DNA of 64,000 nt from Candidatus Daviesbacteria bacterium (lineage in GTDB: Bacteria > Patescibacteriota > Microgenomatia > Daviesbacterales > UBA10151). The notes beneath the pieces were generated by a model. The model made no database searches and was not told the DNA's origin. It saw only the letters and a program-made list of their open reading frames with translations. Position numbers and translations under genes: made by a program. The stretch is from the NCBI GenBank assembly GCA_028715175.1, contig JAQUSJ010000002.1, positions 22,285-86,284 of the forward strand, in the 5' to 3' direction. Shown here piece after piece: positions 26,900 through 36,800 of the stretch (its first letter is position 1; every line of letters begins with the position of its first letter).

Positions 26900-28460
26900 C
26901 GTCAGCGTTGACCGTAATTGTCTGTCCGGTAGCGCGGGTAATGGTGTAAGTGGCCATCACCCAGGTAGCTCCGTTCAAGCCCTGCGCCACAATAGTTACA
27001 CCCGCATCGGTTCCTGCCGTGCGGCCACCCTGCACATTGTTGTCATAGTCGAAATCAAAGGCGATACTTGAAGCCGTAATCTGTCCGGTAATATCCGCAG
27101 AGGAGTTGTTCTTCACAATAATGGCAGAAGATGAATCAAAGTTACCGCCGGGATTAGTGGTAAAGTACATAGTGTATTTTGTATCAGCATCCGGTTCTGA
27201 AACTAAGTTAGAGCTAAAGTTCATATTACCAGCTGCAACGAACGGAAATGCCCGTTCTGTTGAAGTAACAGGAAGTCCGGTATTTGCATTTACTCCGCCT
27301 CCATCTACTGTAATATCACGGAATTTTATTGAGTTGGTCGAGTTGGTATTGAAACCGCTGATGTATAGTCCGCCTTTTGTCTTTAACGTATCACCAACGT
27401 ATTCCAGCAAAAGTTCAGCGACATTACCTTTCTCAACTAATCCACTTCGTTGATTAACTGTCGTTGAATCGTTAGCATTTATATCAGTAGTTTTACGAAG
27501 TTGTCTTTGTGCCCAGTTATAAATTTGTGTGTCTGTTCCATTATTAGCAGTAAGCAAACGGTTAAAAGCGTAATAGTTAGAACCAATTTGAACTTCTCCG
27601 TCGTAAGCTACCCAATCAGTTACACCAATATCCGTTGCTCGAGTTGCGCCGTTTGATGTTCCTCCGGCTGCTGTAAAGAACCAACGTCCGGTGTCATCTT
27701 TTACTACCGAAGCGGCGGGATAAACTGTGCTGTTTGCATAAGTAGTGAAACCCTTACCCTTTAGATAGTTTATCTTCATGCCGTTATAGGGTGGTGAGGC
27801 AGCGTCAAGGGTAGCATCGGCAATTGTAATTTTTAAATCGGTTGAGTTGGATAGAGGTAATTTGTAAAGAACTGGCTCTAAAGCTGAAATAGATTGTTCT
27901 GTTAATAGATTATATTCCGCATATAATTTACCTGTGCCGGAACCTGAAGCAATACGCAGAAACAGCTTTAAGTAGCCTGTGTAGTCTACCGGGCCGGTGG
28001 CGTTATAGATCATGATGGCCTCGTTTAGGTTTCCGGTTTTATTAAAGTTAGTGACACTTTGGTTATAGCCGATGATATTTTGGTAGGTGGCTTGGTCAGT
28101 GGAGGCGTCAAAGTTCCCTAGGGAAACGATACCGGCGTATTTATCTCCGGTGATTTCTTCCCAGCCGGCATCCCTGATGACATTTCTGGTAGTGGCGTCT
28201 GTCCAATCCCAACCATTAATCAGAATGCCATCAGTTTTGGTAAACATCTTGATTGGGAACTTGAACTTATTGAGGGCAGCATCAGTTTTCCACTCTTCCT
28301 TCAGGAAGGAGTAAACTGCCTGGAGGGTAACACCGGAAGTTGAACCTGGGGAGGCGTTACTTACATTACCGGTAGTAATGATCTGGATTTTTTTTGTCGT
28401 CGTATTAATAACGACATCAGTAGTTTGGGCTAGTCCGTCTGGGTCAACAATTTTTGCCAT
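26871..28460 (-). CDS. hypothetical large Gly/Thr/Asn-rich beta-structure protein (529 aa), no signal peptide; fibre / tailspike-like
   Basis: N-terminal domain paralogous to the 25783 protein; C-terminal motif '...NYSNPT' shared with the next gene. Confidence 0.5.
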   Translation of the reverse strand: MAKIVDPDGLAQTTDVVINTTTKKIQIITTGNVSNASPGSTSGVTLQAVYSFLKEEWKTDAALNKFKFPIKMFTKTDGILINGWDWTDATTRNVIRDAGWEEITGDKYAGIVSLGNFDASTDQATYQNIIGYNQSVTNFNKTGNLNEAIMIYNATGPVDYTGYLKLFLRIASGSGTGKLYAEYNLLTEQSISALEPVLYKLPLSNSTDLKITIADATLDAASPPYNGMKINYLKGKGFTTYANSTVYPAASVVKDDTGRWFFTAAGGTSNGATRATDIGVTDWVAYDGEVQIGSNYYAFNRLLTANNGTDTQIYNWAQRQLRKTTDINANDSTTVNQRSGLVEKGNVAELLLEYVGDTLKTKGGLYISGFNTNSTNSIKFRDITVDGGGVNANTGLPVTSTERAFPFVAAGNMNFSSNLVSEPDADTKYTMYFTTNPGGNFDSSSAIIVKNNSSADITGQITASSIAFDFDYDNNVQGGRTAGTDAGVTIVAQGLNGATWVMATYTITRATGQTITVNADDERNYSNPT

Positions 28461-28521
28461 AATTTCTCTTTATATTAATAATTGTCATAATTTAAACAAC
28501 TAGTCAATATATCAAATTTTT

Positions 28522-28567
28522 AGGGGTTGAACCCCTAAAGCCTTTAAAAACCTTTAGGGGTTTGAGT
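28522..28567. repeat. AGGGGTTGAACCCCT palindrome (copy 2) joined to a second hairpin CCCCTAAAG-N-CTTTAGGGG
   Basis: Sequence 'taggggttgaacccctaaagcctttaaaaacctttaggggtttgag'. Confidence 0.75.
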
Positions 28568-30137
28568 AGAAGGGATCAGTATCCAGCTGGACAGTTAAGG
28601 TGGTGTTTGAACTTGGGAGGGCGTAGTTATTAACTGTTTTAGATTGATAACCAGTAACATTATGAATATTGATATAAGTAGTAGTTCCTGCGCCGGAAGA
28701 ATAAGAATAAGTAGTAGAACCGTCGGTGATATTGTCTTCTGTAAAAAGAACTGATTCATCAGACGCTTTCACCACAGTCACCTCACAGTTTGCAGTTACT
28801 GCATTTCCATCGGCATCAACAATATTAATGATTAAATTTACCGAACTGGCCACCGTGGTAGTTGCCCCTGTTCCGTTACGATAAGAAATTACTCCACTCC
28901 CGCCTGAATAGTTAATAATAACCTCTCCGCTGGAATTATTATAGATAACCTCATTGCCGGTTGAACCATTGGAGGCGGCGTAACCAGTAAAGGTGTTGCC
29001 GGAGAATGAATATGTTCCGGCAGTATTTATCTCTATGGCATGATTTGAACCATCAGAAACAAAAGTGCAATTGGAAATATTGGTCAGGTTATTAGATAAG
29101 ATTGAAGCTGATGCTGTTGAATTTTCAAACCTGCAACCAGTGAATACCGCTCCGCCTTGAGTAACTAAGCCGCACCTGCGAAAAATAGTTGTGAGGATTG
29201 TTGAGTTAGACTGGAATACAAAAGTGTCCATATCGCTAAAGGTGCAGGTATCGAAGTTAACATCGGCATTATCGGTAACAGTAAGTTTGCCCTTGGAAGT
29301 CGTTCCTAAAGCGGTGATTTGGATATTTGTCCAATCAATCCTGCTGCTGGCATTTCTAATTTCAAACTCATTAAATCCCGATGTGACTCTGATGGTATCT
29401 TGAATAGTGATGGTCCTATTTGAATCCCTAAAATCAACTGCTGTTCCTGAAGTTCCCATTAAAAATAAACCTTGCTGAAGATATCCGCCAGCAATGACTT
29501 GGAAAAGTCCCCATCGATTATAGCCGTCCGTGGCATCATTGGCATCGTTTTTAGTTGCTGCTCCGGCAAAAGTAGCATAATTACTTGTTTCTCCACCTGT
29601 GACTTGTAAAAGTCTACCAAAGCGGATAGCATCAGTTCCAAATGGATTTCCTTTAGAAATAGTCACTAAGGTTTTAGCAACAGTGCCGAAATATTGTAAC
29701 GTTGAAGTAGGCGAGCCTTGAGTTGCCTGACTGGATACTGAAGGGTCAACAGCAACACAGAACCAGCCACCATAAGTATATGTATTGCTACCTTTGACAT
29801 ACCAAGCATTATAATTGCTTGAATCACTTCCCACGATAACACGAAGTCCTCCGTTTGCCTGCGAATCCAGAGTATTGGGACAGGCAAAAAATATCCAGAC
29901 AAAAACTGCAGCCGGGCTGGTAATTGTTTGTGGCGAGGCGGCAAGCGTTCCCATTCCGCCGATACCTCCGCCAGCAATAGCCATTGTTTTAGAAAAGCAA
30001 TATGACTTTTGAATAAAATAATCAGTTTCTGCCGAAGGCACACCTCCTCCTGTTGCTCCAGCAGGCTCACCCCAGGTTTCACCGCTTTCAGCCTCGACAA
30101 TATTTGTTAAATCTGTAGTATAACTAGGTGTTGCCAT
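28554..30137 (-). CDS. right-handed beta-helix repeat protein (527 aa), no signal peptide; tailspike / adhesin-like
   Basis: Repeated 'N(C/T)TF..G' and 'GNTFTG' beta-helix rungs; C-terminal '...FYSNP'. Confidence 0.5.
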   Translation of the reverse strand: MATPSYTTDLTNIVEAESGETWGEPAGATGGGVPSAETDYFIQKSYCFSKTMAIAGGGIGGMGTLAASPQTITSPAAVFVWIFFACPNTLDSQANGGLRVIVGSDSSNYNAWYVKGSNTYTYGGWFCVAVDPSVSSQATQGSPTSTLQYFGTVAKTLVTISKGNPFGTDAIRFGRLLQVTGGETSNYATFAGAATKNDANDATDGYNRWGLFQVIAGGYLQQGLFLMGTSGTAVDFRDSNRTITIQDTIRVTSGFNEFEIRNASSRIDWTNIQITALGTTSKGKLTVTDNADVNFDTCTFSDMDTFVFQSNSTILTTIFRRCGLVTQGGAVFTGCRFENSTASASILSNNLTNISNCTFVSDGSNHAIEINTAGTYSFSGNTFTGYAASNGSTGNEVIYNNSSGEVIINYSGGSGVISYRNGTGATTTVASSVNLIINIVDADGNAVTANCEVTVVKASDESVLFTEDNITDGSTTYSYSSGAGTTTYINIHNVTGYQSKTVNNYALPSSNTTLTVQLDTDPFYSNP

Positions 30138-30143
30138 AATTTT

Positions 30144-30167
30144 AGGGATTCAATTCAACCCCTAATG
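30144..30167. repeat. degenerate copy of the GGGG...CCCC palindrome (TTAGGGATTCAATTCAACCCCTAA)
   Basis: TTAGGG / CCCTAA arms immediately downstream of the RAYT-like gene. Confidence 0.5.
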
Positions 30168-30812
30168 TTCGATAATTACATTTTTAATTTTATGCAATTC
30201 TTTTGCATAATCTATCTGGTCTTCATGAAATGATTTCATTGCCTCCTGTGAAGGAAAATAGGATAATATCTCATTTTTGGAACAGCTAAATTCTGTATCT
30301 TTTCCTAGATAATCAGGATAACTTGACCAGGAATAATTATCCGGATTTTGAGTAAGTTCGGAAGAAACAGGATTTAAGTGAATATATCTGACAAGATGAA
30401 CAAATAAATTATCCGAAATCACAGAAACAGCTTTAAATCTACCCTGCATTAGCCCTCCAACTCTTTTATATTTTTGATTAAAAAAAAGAGTATAAGCATT
30501 GGTGATTTGCTTCATAAGTTTGGATATACCATTCTTGGTTTTTTGCTTAAGTAACAGGTGAAAGTGATTCGGCATGAGGCAGTATGCTATTAACTCTACT
30601 TCTTCAGATAAATTTTTGCTATATAGGCGCAAAGGTAAATCTGGATATTTTTTTAATACTTCTTTAAGAGGCCGGAGGTAAATAAAAAGGTATGCTTGGA
30701 AGAAATGATAATCTTTATCATCCAAAAAAATATCCCTTTTTTCTACGCCCCTGTTAAAAACATGATAATAAGAGTCTTCTGTGAAGCTTCTCACAACATA
30801 CTTGGATGGCAT
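30162..30812 (-). CDS. HuH-Y1 transposase of the IS200/IS605 TnpA superfamily, REP-associated tyrosine transposase (RAYT)-like
   Basis: HuH motif 'NHFHLL' and catalytic-Tyr motif 'YIHLNPV' (compare E. coli RayT 'HMHCIW' and 'YIYINPV'); flanked on both sides by the GGGGTTGAACCCC palindrome. Confidence 0.7.
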   Translation of the reverse strand: MPSKYVVRSFTEDSYYHVFNRGVEKRDIFLDDKDYHFFQAYLFIYLRPLKEVLKKYPDLPLRLYSKNLSEEVELIAYCLMPNHFHLLLKQKTKNGISKLMKQITNAYTLFFNQKYKRVGGLMQGRFKAVSVISDNLFVHLVRYIHLNPVSSELTQNPDNYSWSSYPDYLGKDTEFSCSKNEILSYFPSQEAMKSFHEDQIDYAKELHKIKNVIIEH

Positions 30813-30846
30813 AGAAACAGCTTATCATACTTTATCGAAGAAATAA

Positions 30847-30861
30847 AGGGGTTGAACCCCT
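30847..30861. repeat. AGGGGTTGAACCCCT palindrome, copy 4 (extended palindrome AAATAAAGGGG-TTGAA-CCCCTTTTATTT)
   Basis: Exact match, immediately upstream of the RAYT-like gene. Confidence 0.8.
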
Positions 30862-30869
30862 TTTATTTA

Positions 30870-31337
30870 TTATAAATCGTCGTTATCTTCTTTAGTAAAA
30901 GCATCATAGGGACCTTCTGTAAGGCTTTTATGAGCTTTCTTGGTAAACCCGATTAGTATATAAATAATTGCCGGAATAAGCAGTATCGCTCCGGTAAGAG
31001 CAAGCGAAATGGACCACTCAAGCGGAATTACTCTGGAATTTGAGGCCACATCCTGCAGGGCATAAAGTTGAATTAATGCTGCCAGAACAAAAAGAATTGC
31101 TCCTTTTGTCAATTTGCTAAGGTGTAAAAATGATAAAAACCAAAGCGGGGCCATAATCAGAGCAATACTTTTAATAATGATAGAGGTGGTGGTAAAAGTG
31201 TATTTTGATAAGATGTCGGGATCAAAAAAGTGGTATGGGGTTGCAAGCCTAAGCTTTAAAGGATTAACCACGGCATCAAGTACATAGGCAAAAATCAAAA
31301 GCCCTATTATGATAACCAGAATATATTCCTGTTTCAT
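30870..31337 (-). CDS. hypothetical polytopic membrane protein (155 aa)
   Basis: Four predicted TM helices. Confidence 0.45.
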   Translation of the reverse strand: MKQEYILVIIIGLLIFAYVLDAVVNPLKLRLATPYHFFDPDILSKYTFTTTSIIIKSIALIMAPLWFLSFLHLSKLTKGAILFVLAALIQLYALQDVASNSRVIPLEWSISLALTGAILLIPAIIYILIGFTKKAHKSLTEGPYDAFTKEDNDDL

Positions 31338-31340
31338 CGT

Positions 31341-32180
31341 TTAATCAAAGATAGCATCGAAGTAGCCATAAGTCAAATCTTTACGTTTTGGCCAGCCAGT
31401 ATCCGCATCAGTAAAGCCTGATGCCCCTTTTTTATATCTATAGTTTCCAGAACCGTCATCCTTCATGATAAACCAGGCCCCATCTTTATTAAGATAGCCA
31501 AAGTAAGTGTTGGGAGCATCGGAAGTTTCATCCATCTGGGTAATTTTGTAACCGTCGGTAGGTTGTTTCTGTGCAGGATTAATTTGTACACCACTAATAT
31601 CTTTTAAGGCAACAGTTCCCGGTCCTGGCACACTGCCAAAAAAGGCTGCCTGGGCTTTTTTGGCAAATATGGAAAATAAGAATAAAGATAATCCAGCCGC
31701 ACTGATAAGTTTAAGAAACTGTCTTCTGTCAACATCTATCCTTGGAAGCTTTGTTGGTTCATCTTCATGTTTAACTTTTCTTTTAAGTTGTTTTAGTTTC
31801 TTTGGTTCAAGTATGATAGCGGGAATATTAATAGCCTGTCTTTTCTTAGGCAGTACTTGTAGAATAAAGTAGCCCGCAAGAGGTAAAAAGATAATACCAC
31901 TTATCATCTGGGAGATATTTTTGGCTCCAACCAGACCGCTGATAGTCATAATTGCTACAACAATAAAGCCATAGTAAAGATCCAAAGTGCTTAATGGTTT
32001 TTGAAATGGAAATGAAAAACGGTAACCATTTATCTTTCCCAAGAATAAACTAAGAAAATAAACAGTTATTGGAAGGAAAAGTACCAAGGGAATAACCGAG
32101 GCTGTTTGGGCGCTGAATGCTGCGCCAAGTGTGAGTAAAATAACCAGCAATAGACAGTAATAAAAAAGCAGATTTTTCAT
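31341..32180 (-). CDS. hypothetical membrane protein with an internal twin-arginine-like motif (DRRQFLKLISAAG...AQA) and a C-terminal extracytoplasmic domain
   Basis: N-terminal TM bundle, then an 'RRQFLK' h-region ending 'AQAA', then a ~100-aa domain. Confidence 0.45.
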   Translation of the reverse strand: MKNLLFYYCLLLVILLTLGAAFSAQTASVIPLVLFLPITVYFLSLFLGKINGYRFSFPFQKPLSTLDLYYGFIVVAIMTISGLVGAKNISQMISGIIFLPLAGYFILQVLPKKRQAINIPAIILEPKKLKQLKRKVKHEDEPTKLPRIDVDRRQFLKLISAAGLSLFLFSIFAKKAQAAFFGSVPGPGTVALKDISGVQINPAQKQPTDGYKITQMDETSDAPNTYFGYLNKDGAWFIMKDDGSGNYRYKKGASGFTDADTGWPKRKDLTYGYFDAIFD

Positions 32181-32692
32181 TCTTTAGGCCCGCTATCCGC
32201 TACTTCCTTCAGAAACCTTCCAGCTACCCATCCGTTGGTTTCTGTTTTTGGTAAAACAATTTGATACCAACTCCCCTCTTTTTTAAGATAGCGGTAAACT
32301 TTATCAAATTCGATTTTACCGATTACTTTGGAAGAATAAGAATTGCTTTCATAAACATCTACACTTTGCCATTTTTTATCATTGATGGTAACAAAGCCGG
32401 ATAGAATTTTGGAGCTGTCTGATGCCTCTTTGCTGCTGCCCAACACCTTTGTGCCTACAGTGTTAGTCGTTTCCGGTTTTAAACTATCCACTTTTTGGTC
32501 GGTTTCTTTTTGCGACTGCTGATAGGCTGCGATTTTTCCCAATTCCTGTTTCAAATTGTTAATAGCGCTTTCGGCTTTTTTATTTTGTTCCGCAGTACCC
32601 CTTATCGATGTAAAGGTAATAATGAGCAGAATTGTTGTTACCGAAGCTGTATATATTATTAGTAATCTAATTAGCTTTTGCATAAGTATCAA
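32177..32692 (-). CDS. membrane-anchored protein with a C-terminal bacterial SH3-like domain
   Basis: N-terminal TM helix; coiled coil; 'GWVAGRFL' SH3b-like C-terminus. Confidence 0.45.
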   Translation of the reverse strand: MILMQKLIRLLIIYTASVTTILLIITFTSIRGTAEQNKKAESAINNLKQELGKIAAYQQSQKETDQKVDSLKPETTNTVGTKVLGSSKEASDSSKILSGFVTINDKKWQSVDVYESNSYSSKVIGKIEFDKVYRYLKKEGSWYQIVLPKTETNGWVAGRFLKEVADSGPKE

Positions 32693-32701
32693 AATATTAT
32701 A

Positions 32702-33124
32702 TCAGACAATATTGCTGACGAATGTTCCAAAAAGGTTATGCCAGTAGCTAAAACTTAATATTTGTATAATACCCTTTTTTTGCATTAAAGTAGCGTTCAT
32801 CGCCTCCCTTAGGGCGATTTGACGGTCCCTGTTTACCCTGAGCATCCTATGAATAGTAATCAAATCAGCCTTTTGAGGCAGAAGAATTTCTATATCCGAT
32901 TGAAGGCTAGCCTGCAGGAAATCCAAAGCCACGGATTGACCAATTTCTCTGCTAAGTGCTACATAGGTTTCAACTACATTCTGATAGCTTGTATAAAGCT
33001 GATAACCTAACCTGGCCAGATTCTCCATGGATTGAACTGCCTTTTGATGGTTTGTATCGGACCGGTCAATAAAACTTACCAGAACCGAAGAATCAATAAA
33101 AATTTTTCTGCTTTGAATAGCCAT
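32702..33124 (-). CDS. PIN-domain protein (VapC-like toxin)
   Basis: 'IFIDSSVLV' N-terminal PIN motif with conserved acidic residues. Confidence 0.65.
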   Translation of the reverse strand: MAIQSRKIFIDSSVLVSFIDRSDTNHQKAVQSMENLARLGYQLYTSYQNVVETYVALSREIGQSVALDFLQASLQSDIEILLPQKADLITIHRMLRVNRDRQIALREAMNATLMQKKGIIQILSFSYWHNLFGTFVSNIV

Positions 33125-33213
33125 AATTAGTTATTAGTACGCTCGCTTCGCTCGCTGGTAGTTCATAGTTCATAGTATTTTCTACGAGCTACCAACTCAT
33201 AACTACGAGCTCA

Positions 33214-33495
33214 TTACGAACTTTCTAGCTTGCTCATATTCATTCCTATTCCTTTAAGCCTTAAAAGTGGATCGTTAAAATTAAATGTTTTGGTTTGGAT
33301 TGCAGTTTGAACTCTAACTTGTTTGGTATGTGGAATAAAATCCTGGGTAAAAGCTCGTAGATCATTTAGAGCTATTCTGACATTTCCACCTACCCGGACG
33401 GCTTTTAACTTACCTTCTTTGATGTAGCGCCTTACTGTTAAAGGATGTACTTTTAATGCTATAGCTGCCTGATTAACAGTATAAAATTCTTCCAT
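33214..33495 (-). CDS. excisionase-family / MerR-like HTH DNA-binding protein (putative antitoxin partner of the PIN protein)
   Basis: 'LKVHPLTVRRYIKEGKLKAVRVGGNVRI' HTH_17-type motif. Confidence 0.6.
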   Translation of the reverse strand: MEEFYTVNQAAIALKVHPLTVRRYIKEGKLKAVRVGGNVRIALNDLRAFTQDFIPHTKQVRVQTAIQTKTFNFNDPLLRLKGIGMNMSKLESS

Positions 33496-33590
33496 AGTCT
33501 ATTATGTAATCTTATACAAGTATATACATAGATATACATAACTTGTCAAGTGTTGACATTATATGAAATATTGTAGAACAATGAATTCAT

Positions 33591-33626
33591 ACTAGTTTTT
33601 AGAAATATTTGTCTGCTAAAACTAGT
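33591..33626. promoter_or_regulatory. inverted repeat ACTAGTTTTTAG-N13-CTAAAACTAGT in the tatA 5' region
   Basis: Hairpin / operator-like structure 25 nt upstream of the tatA ATG. Confidence 0.3.
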
Positions 33627-33650
33627 CAGAAGGAAGGGGGGTGATTTTGC

Positions 33651-33797
33651 ATGTTAAGTGGCATAGGCACAACTGAAATTGTTGTCGTAGGCCTGATCTT
33701 ATTGGTCTTATTCGGCGGCAAGAAACTACCCGAACTCGCAAGAGGTATGGGAAGCTCTATAAAAGAATTCCGAAAAGCAGCCAATGAGGATGCTTAA
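33651..33797 (+). CDS. tatA: twin-arginine translocase subunit TatA (48 aa; below the ORF-track size cut-off)
   Basis: '[43 protein letters not shown]'; SD-like 'aggaagggggg' upstream. Confidence 0.75.
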   Translation: MLSGIGTTEIVVVGLILLVLFGGKKLPELARGMGSSIKEFRKAANEDA

Positions 33798-33802
33798 ATC
33801 TT

Positions 33803-36800
33803 ATGGTAACTGCCCAATTTGCAAAAAAGGCATATTTGGCAATTATTCTAACTGTTGCAGCCTTAGTGTTTGTCAAAAGCACTGAGGCTGCTTCAGGTAA
33901 TACCCAAGTATGCAGTCCAGGTAGTAGCTGCAGTGTTGGAGAGTTCCTTTATGATGATTCTTATTCCCCAATTACTACTGCAACATGTACTATCACCAGC
34001 CGTTATCCTGACGAAACTCTATTTTTGGACTCGGTAGCAATGACCTCATCGACGAAAAATGACGGTTGGTACTCTAAAGATTTTACAGCACCTGCTACTA
34101 CCGGAATATATAGAACCCAAGTCTGCTGTACTCCTCTCGGCGGTGATAAACTTTGCCTGGATAAGACTTTTGAAGTCAAAACAGAGTCAACTTTAACTTC
34201 CGGTGACGTAACAAGTGCTGTTTGGGATACCACCAGAAGTGCCCATATTTCTTCCGGCAGTTTTGGTGAAGCACTTGTAAACGCGGTGCCTTCGGTCAAT
34301 GATGTTGCCGGTGCTGTTTGGGGATATTCCGGCAGAACCCTGAGCACCTTTGGCAGTTTAATTACCGATATCTGGACTAACCCAACCAGAACATTGAGCG
34401 GTTTTGGCACTTTAGTTGCCGATGTCTGGGCAAACGCCACCAGGACTTTAACAGGAGCTACCCTTTCAAGTGGATCTTTAGCCACCAAAAGCAATGTTGA
34501 TTCGGTTGCATCCGATGTCAGTAGTACCAAATCTGATGTCACTACTGTCAAAAGCGACGTCAGCACTATCAAATCCGATGTATCCGATCTTAAAACAGAT
34601 ATTTCCAGTCTCAAGAGTACATCAAGCACAACCAACATTACCAATATCCAAAACACTACCAACACAACCAATAATTTACTTGAACAGCTTATTAACAGGC
34701 CAATTATTGAGAATGAATTAGAAGAAAGTAATGTTACCACTACGGAATTGCAAACCAAACTTGAAAAATCCGACAGCCTGGCAAACCAGCTATTGACTTC
34801 CAGCGGATATGTCAAAAGCAAAACCAGTTTACTCAAAGCCAGGTGGAATAGCTTGGGGGAAGATGAGATTACAAAATCTTTGGGCCAGCTTGAGGCTGTA
34901 GTAGGCAAAGAAGATGAAACATCAGAGGCAAATTCTATATTCGGCCAATTAAATTGGATTACCGGGCAATGGGATTTACCCATCTCCTCTAAATTGTATG
35001 TTCAAAATAAAAAAATTGCCTTATCGCTCAAGAAAGTAAATTCGGCTCAACAGCTTAAGGTTTTGTCATCAGATTTGGATAATTTTATTAAATTGGTGGG
35101 TACTCAAAGCGATAGCCCAAAATCAAACACTTTGTTTGGTGCTCTAAAAGGTCAAAAAGAGCTTTTGTCCTTTCTTGATAGAAATTATACGGATGCAACT
35201 ACGTTGCTGTCAGATCTTACAAAAAATTCCAAGCCCCAAACAGACCTGGTAGGACAAATAAACAGCTTAAGCAAACAGGTTGCAACAGTAAACCAGTTGC
35301 CAAAGATGAATAAAACCATTTTAGCGGAGGCGGCTAATACTAAAATGGATCAAAAACAGCTTAAAAACAAAGCCCTTAGTTTAAGAGGGGTCGTTCAAGC
35401 AAACAGGCAATTACTTGCTCAAGGTCCAAATCAGCCTTTAAGCAGTCTGTGGCTGGAAGAAGGAAGCATTGTTTTTAAAACTCTAATCAGTAATCCTTCC
35501 AAATCAATCAGCCAAAAGATTCCACTTAAATATTATCTGCCAAAAGAAGTGACAAAAGAGAATATTACCAAAACGGACGAAGGATTAACTGTAAACTATG
35601 ATATGGAAAAAGACCAATATTTTGTCAGTGGAAATTTCACCATTGATCCAGGAGAAACCAAAACTCTTGCTGTAACTGTTGATGATTCTGCATTTTACAT
35701 AAATGATGCTGAAATCGCCACCATGCGCAAACAAGTAGAAGAATTATCAAAACCTCTTAATAATACTGCCTATTTTGCCCAGGGGGTAACTCTCAAAACC
35801 GATATAGATGCTTCTTTGGATAAAGTGGACAGTTTGCAAAAAAATAATACTACACCTGAGGCAAGAATCCGAAGCTACAGGGAAGCTCAAATTGAGTATA
35901 AGGTAGCCAAGGAAAAGCTGGAAAAATTAAAAGAGTTGGCTACCAGCGCCGGTTCTGTGGGCACATTATTTGGTTTTGTAGGTGGAGCGCAAACTTTGGC
36001 AGTTTGGGGATTAATCATTATCATGACAGCCGGATTTGTATTTTTAGCCTTATATATGCGCACTTTAAAGACAAACGAGCTTTACTTGGACCAAAGAAAC
36101 CAAAAACTTACTCCGATTGTAGACAGTTTTGAAAATTATGAAGAAACTCTAAATGAGGAAAAACCTCAACCTCTCCTCCACCCTAAAAAAAGATTTTATT
36201 TGGGCAAGCCAGTTCATTTAGCAGTAGTTATCATAGCAGTATGTATTATAGGAGGCGGCAGTGTATATGCCCTTGGGACTCTACGACAGAGACAAGTAAG
36301 GCATGAGATTGCACAAACAACTCCTCAAGGAGTGCTGGGAAGTTCTAACGAAAATATTGCTTCGGATTCATCCCGATTAGATCAGGATTCATACAGAGAG
36401 GTAACTATTCTGGTGCCGGATGACAGCACAGTAACTATACAATCCCAACCTTCCATAAACTCGCCTGTTTTAACCTCTTTAAAGGCCTCAAAAAAGGCAA
36501 AAGAGATCAAGCGAGAGGATATCTGGGTAAAAGTAGCTTTGCAAGATTCTGAAGCTAAATTTATTGAAGGCTGGGTAGATGGGGATTTTGTGGAAGAGGT
36601 TGAAAAGAAACAAAGCTTAGATTCTGATGAAGAACAAAAACCGCAAGGCGGTTTATTAGAAAACCAAAAAATAGTGGTTATAAATAATACTCCCACTGGA
36701 TTTTTAAGAGTCAGGAAGACGCCCGAGGGTGAAGAAATTACCAAGATAAGTCCGGGAGAACAGTATAATTTAGTTAAAGAAACGATAGGATGGGTGCAGA

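Noticed and set aside
25783-30137. Diversity-generating retroelement targeting the '...YSNP' C-termini
   Set aside because: No reverse transcriptase is encoded in the window, and the 3' ends of the two genes are not near-identical at the DNA level as a TR/VR pair would be.
25252-33495. Intact prophage
   Set aside because: Fibre-like proteins and HTH/excisionase-like genes are present, but there is no integrase, terminase, portal or capsid gene. The tRNA 3' duplication is 8 kb away and encloses only 60 bp.
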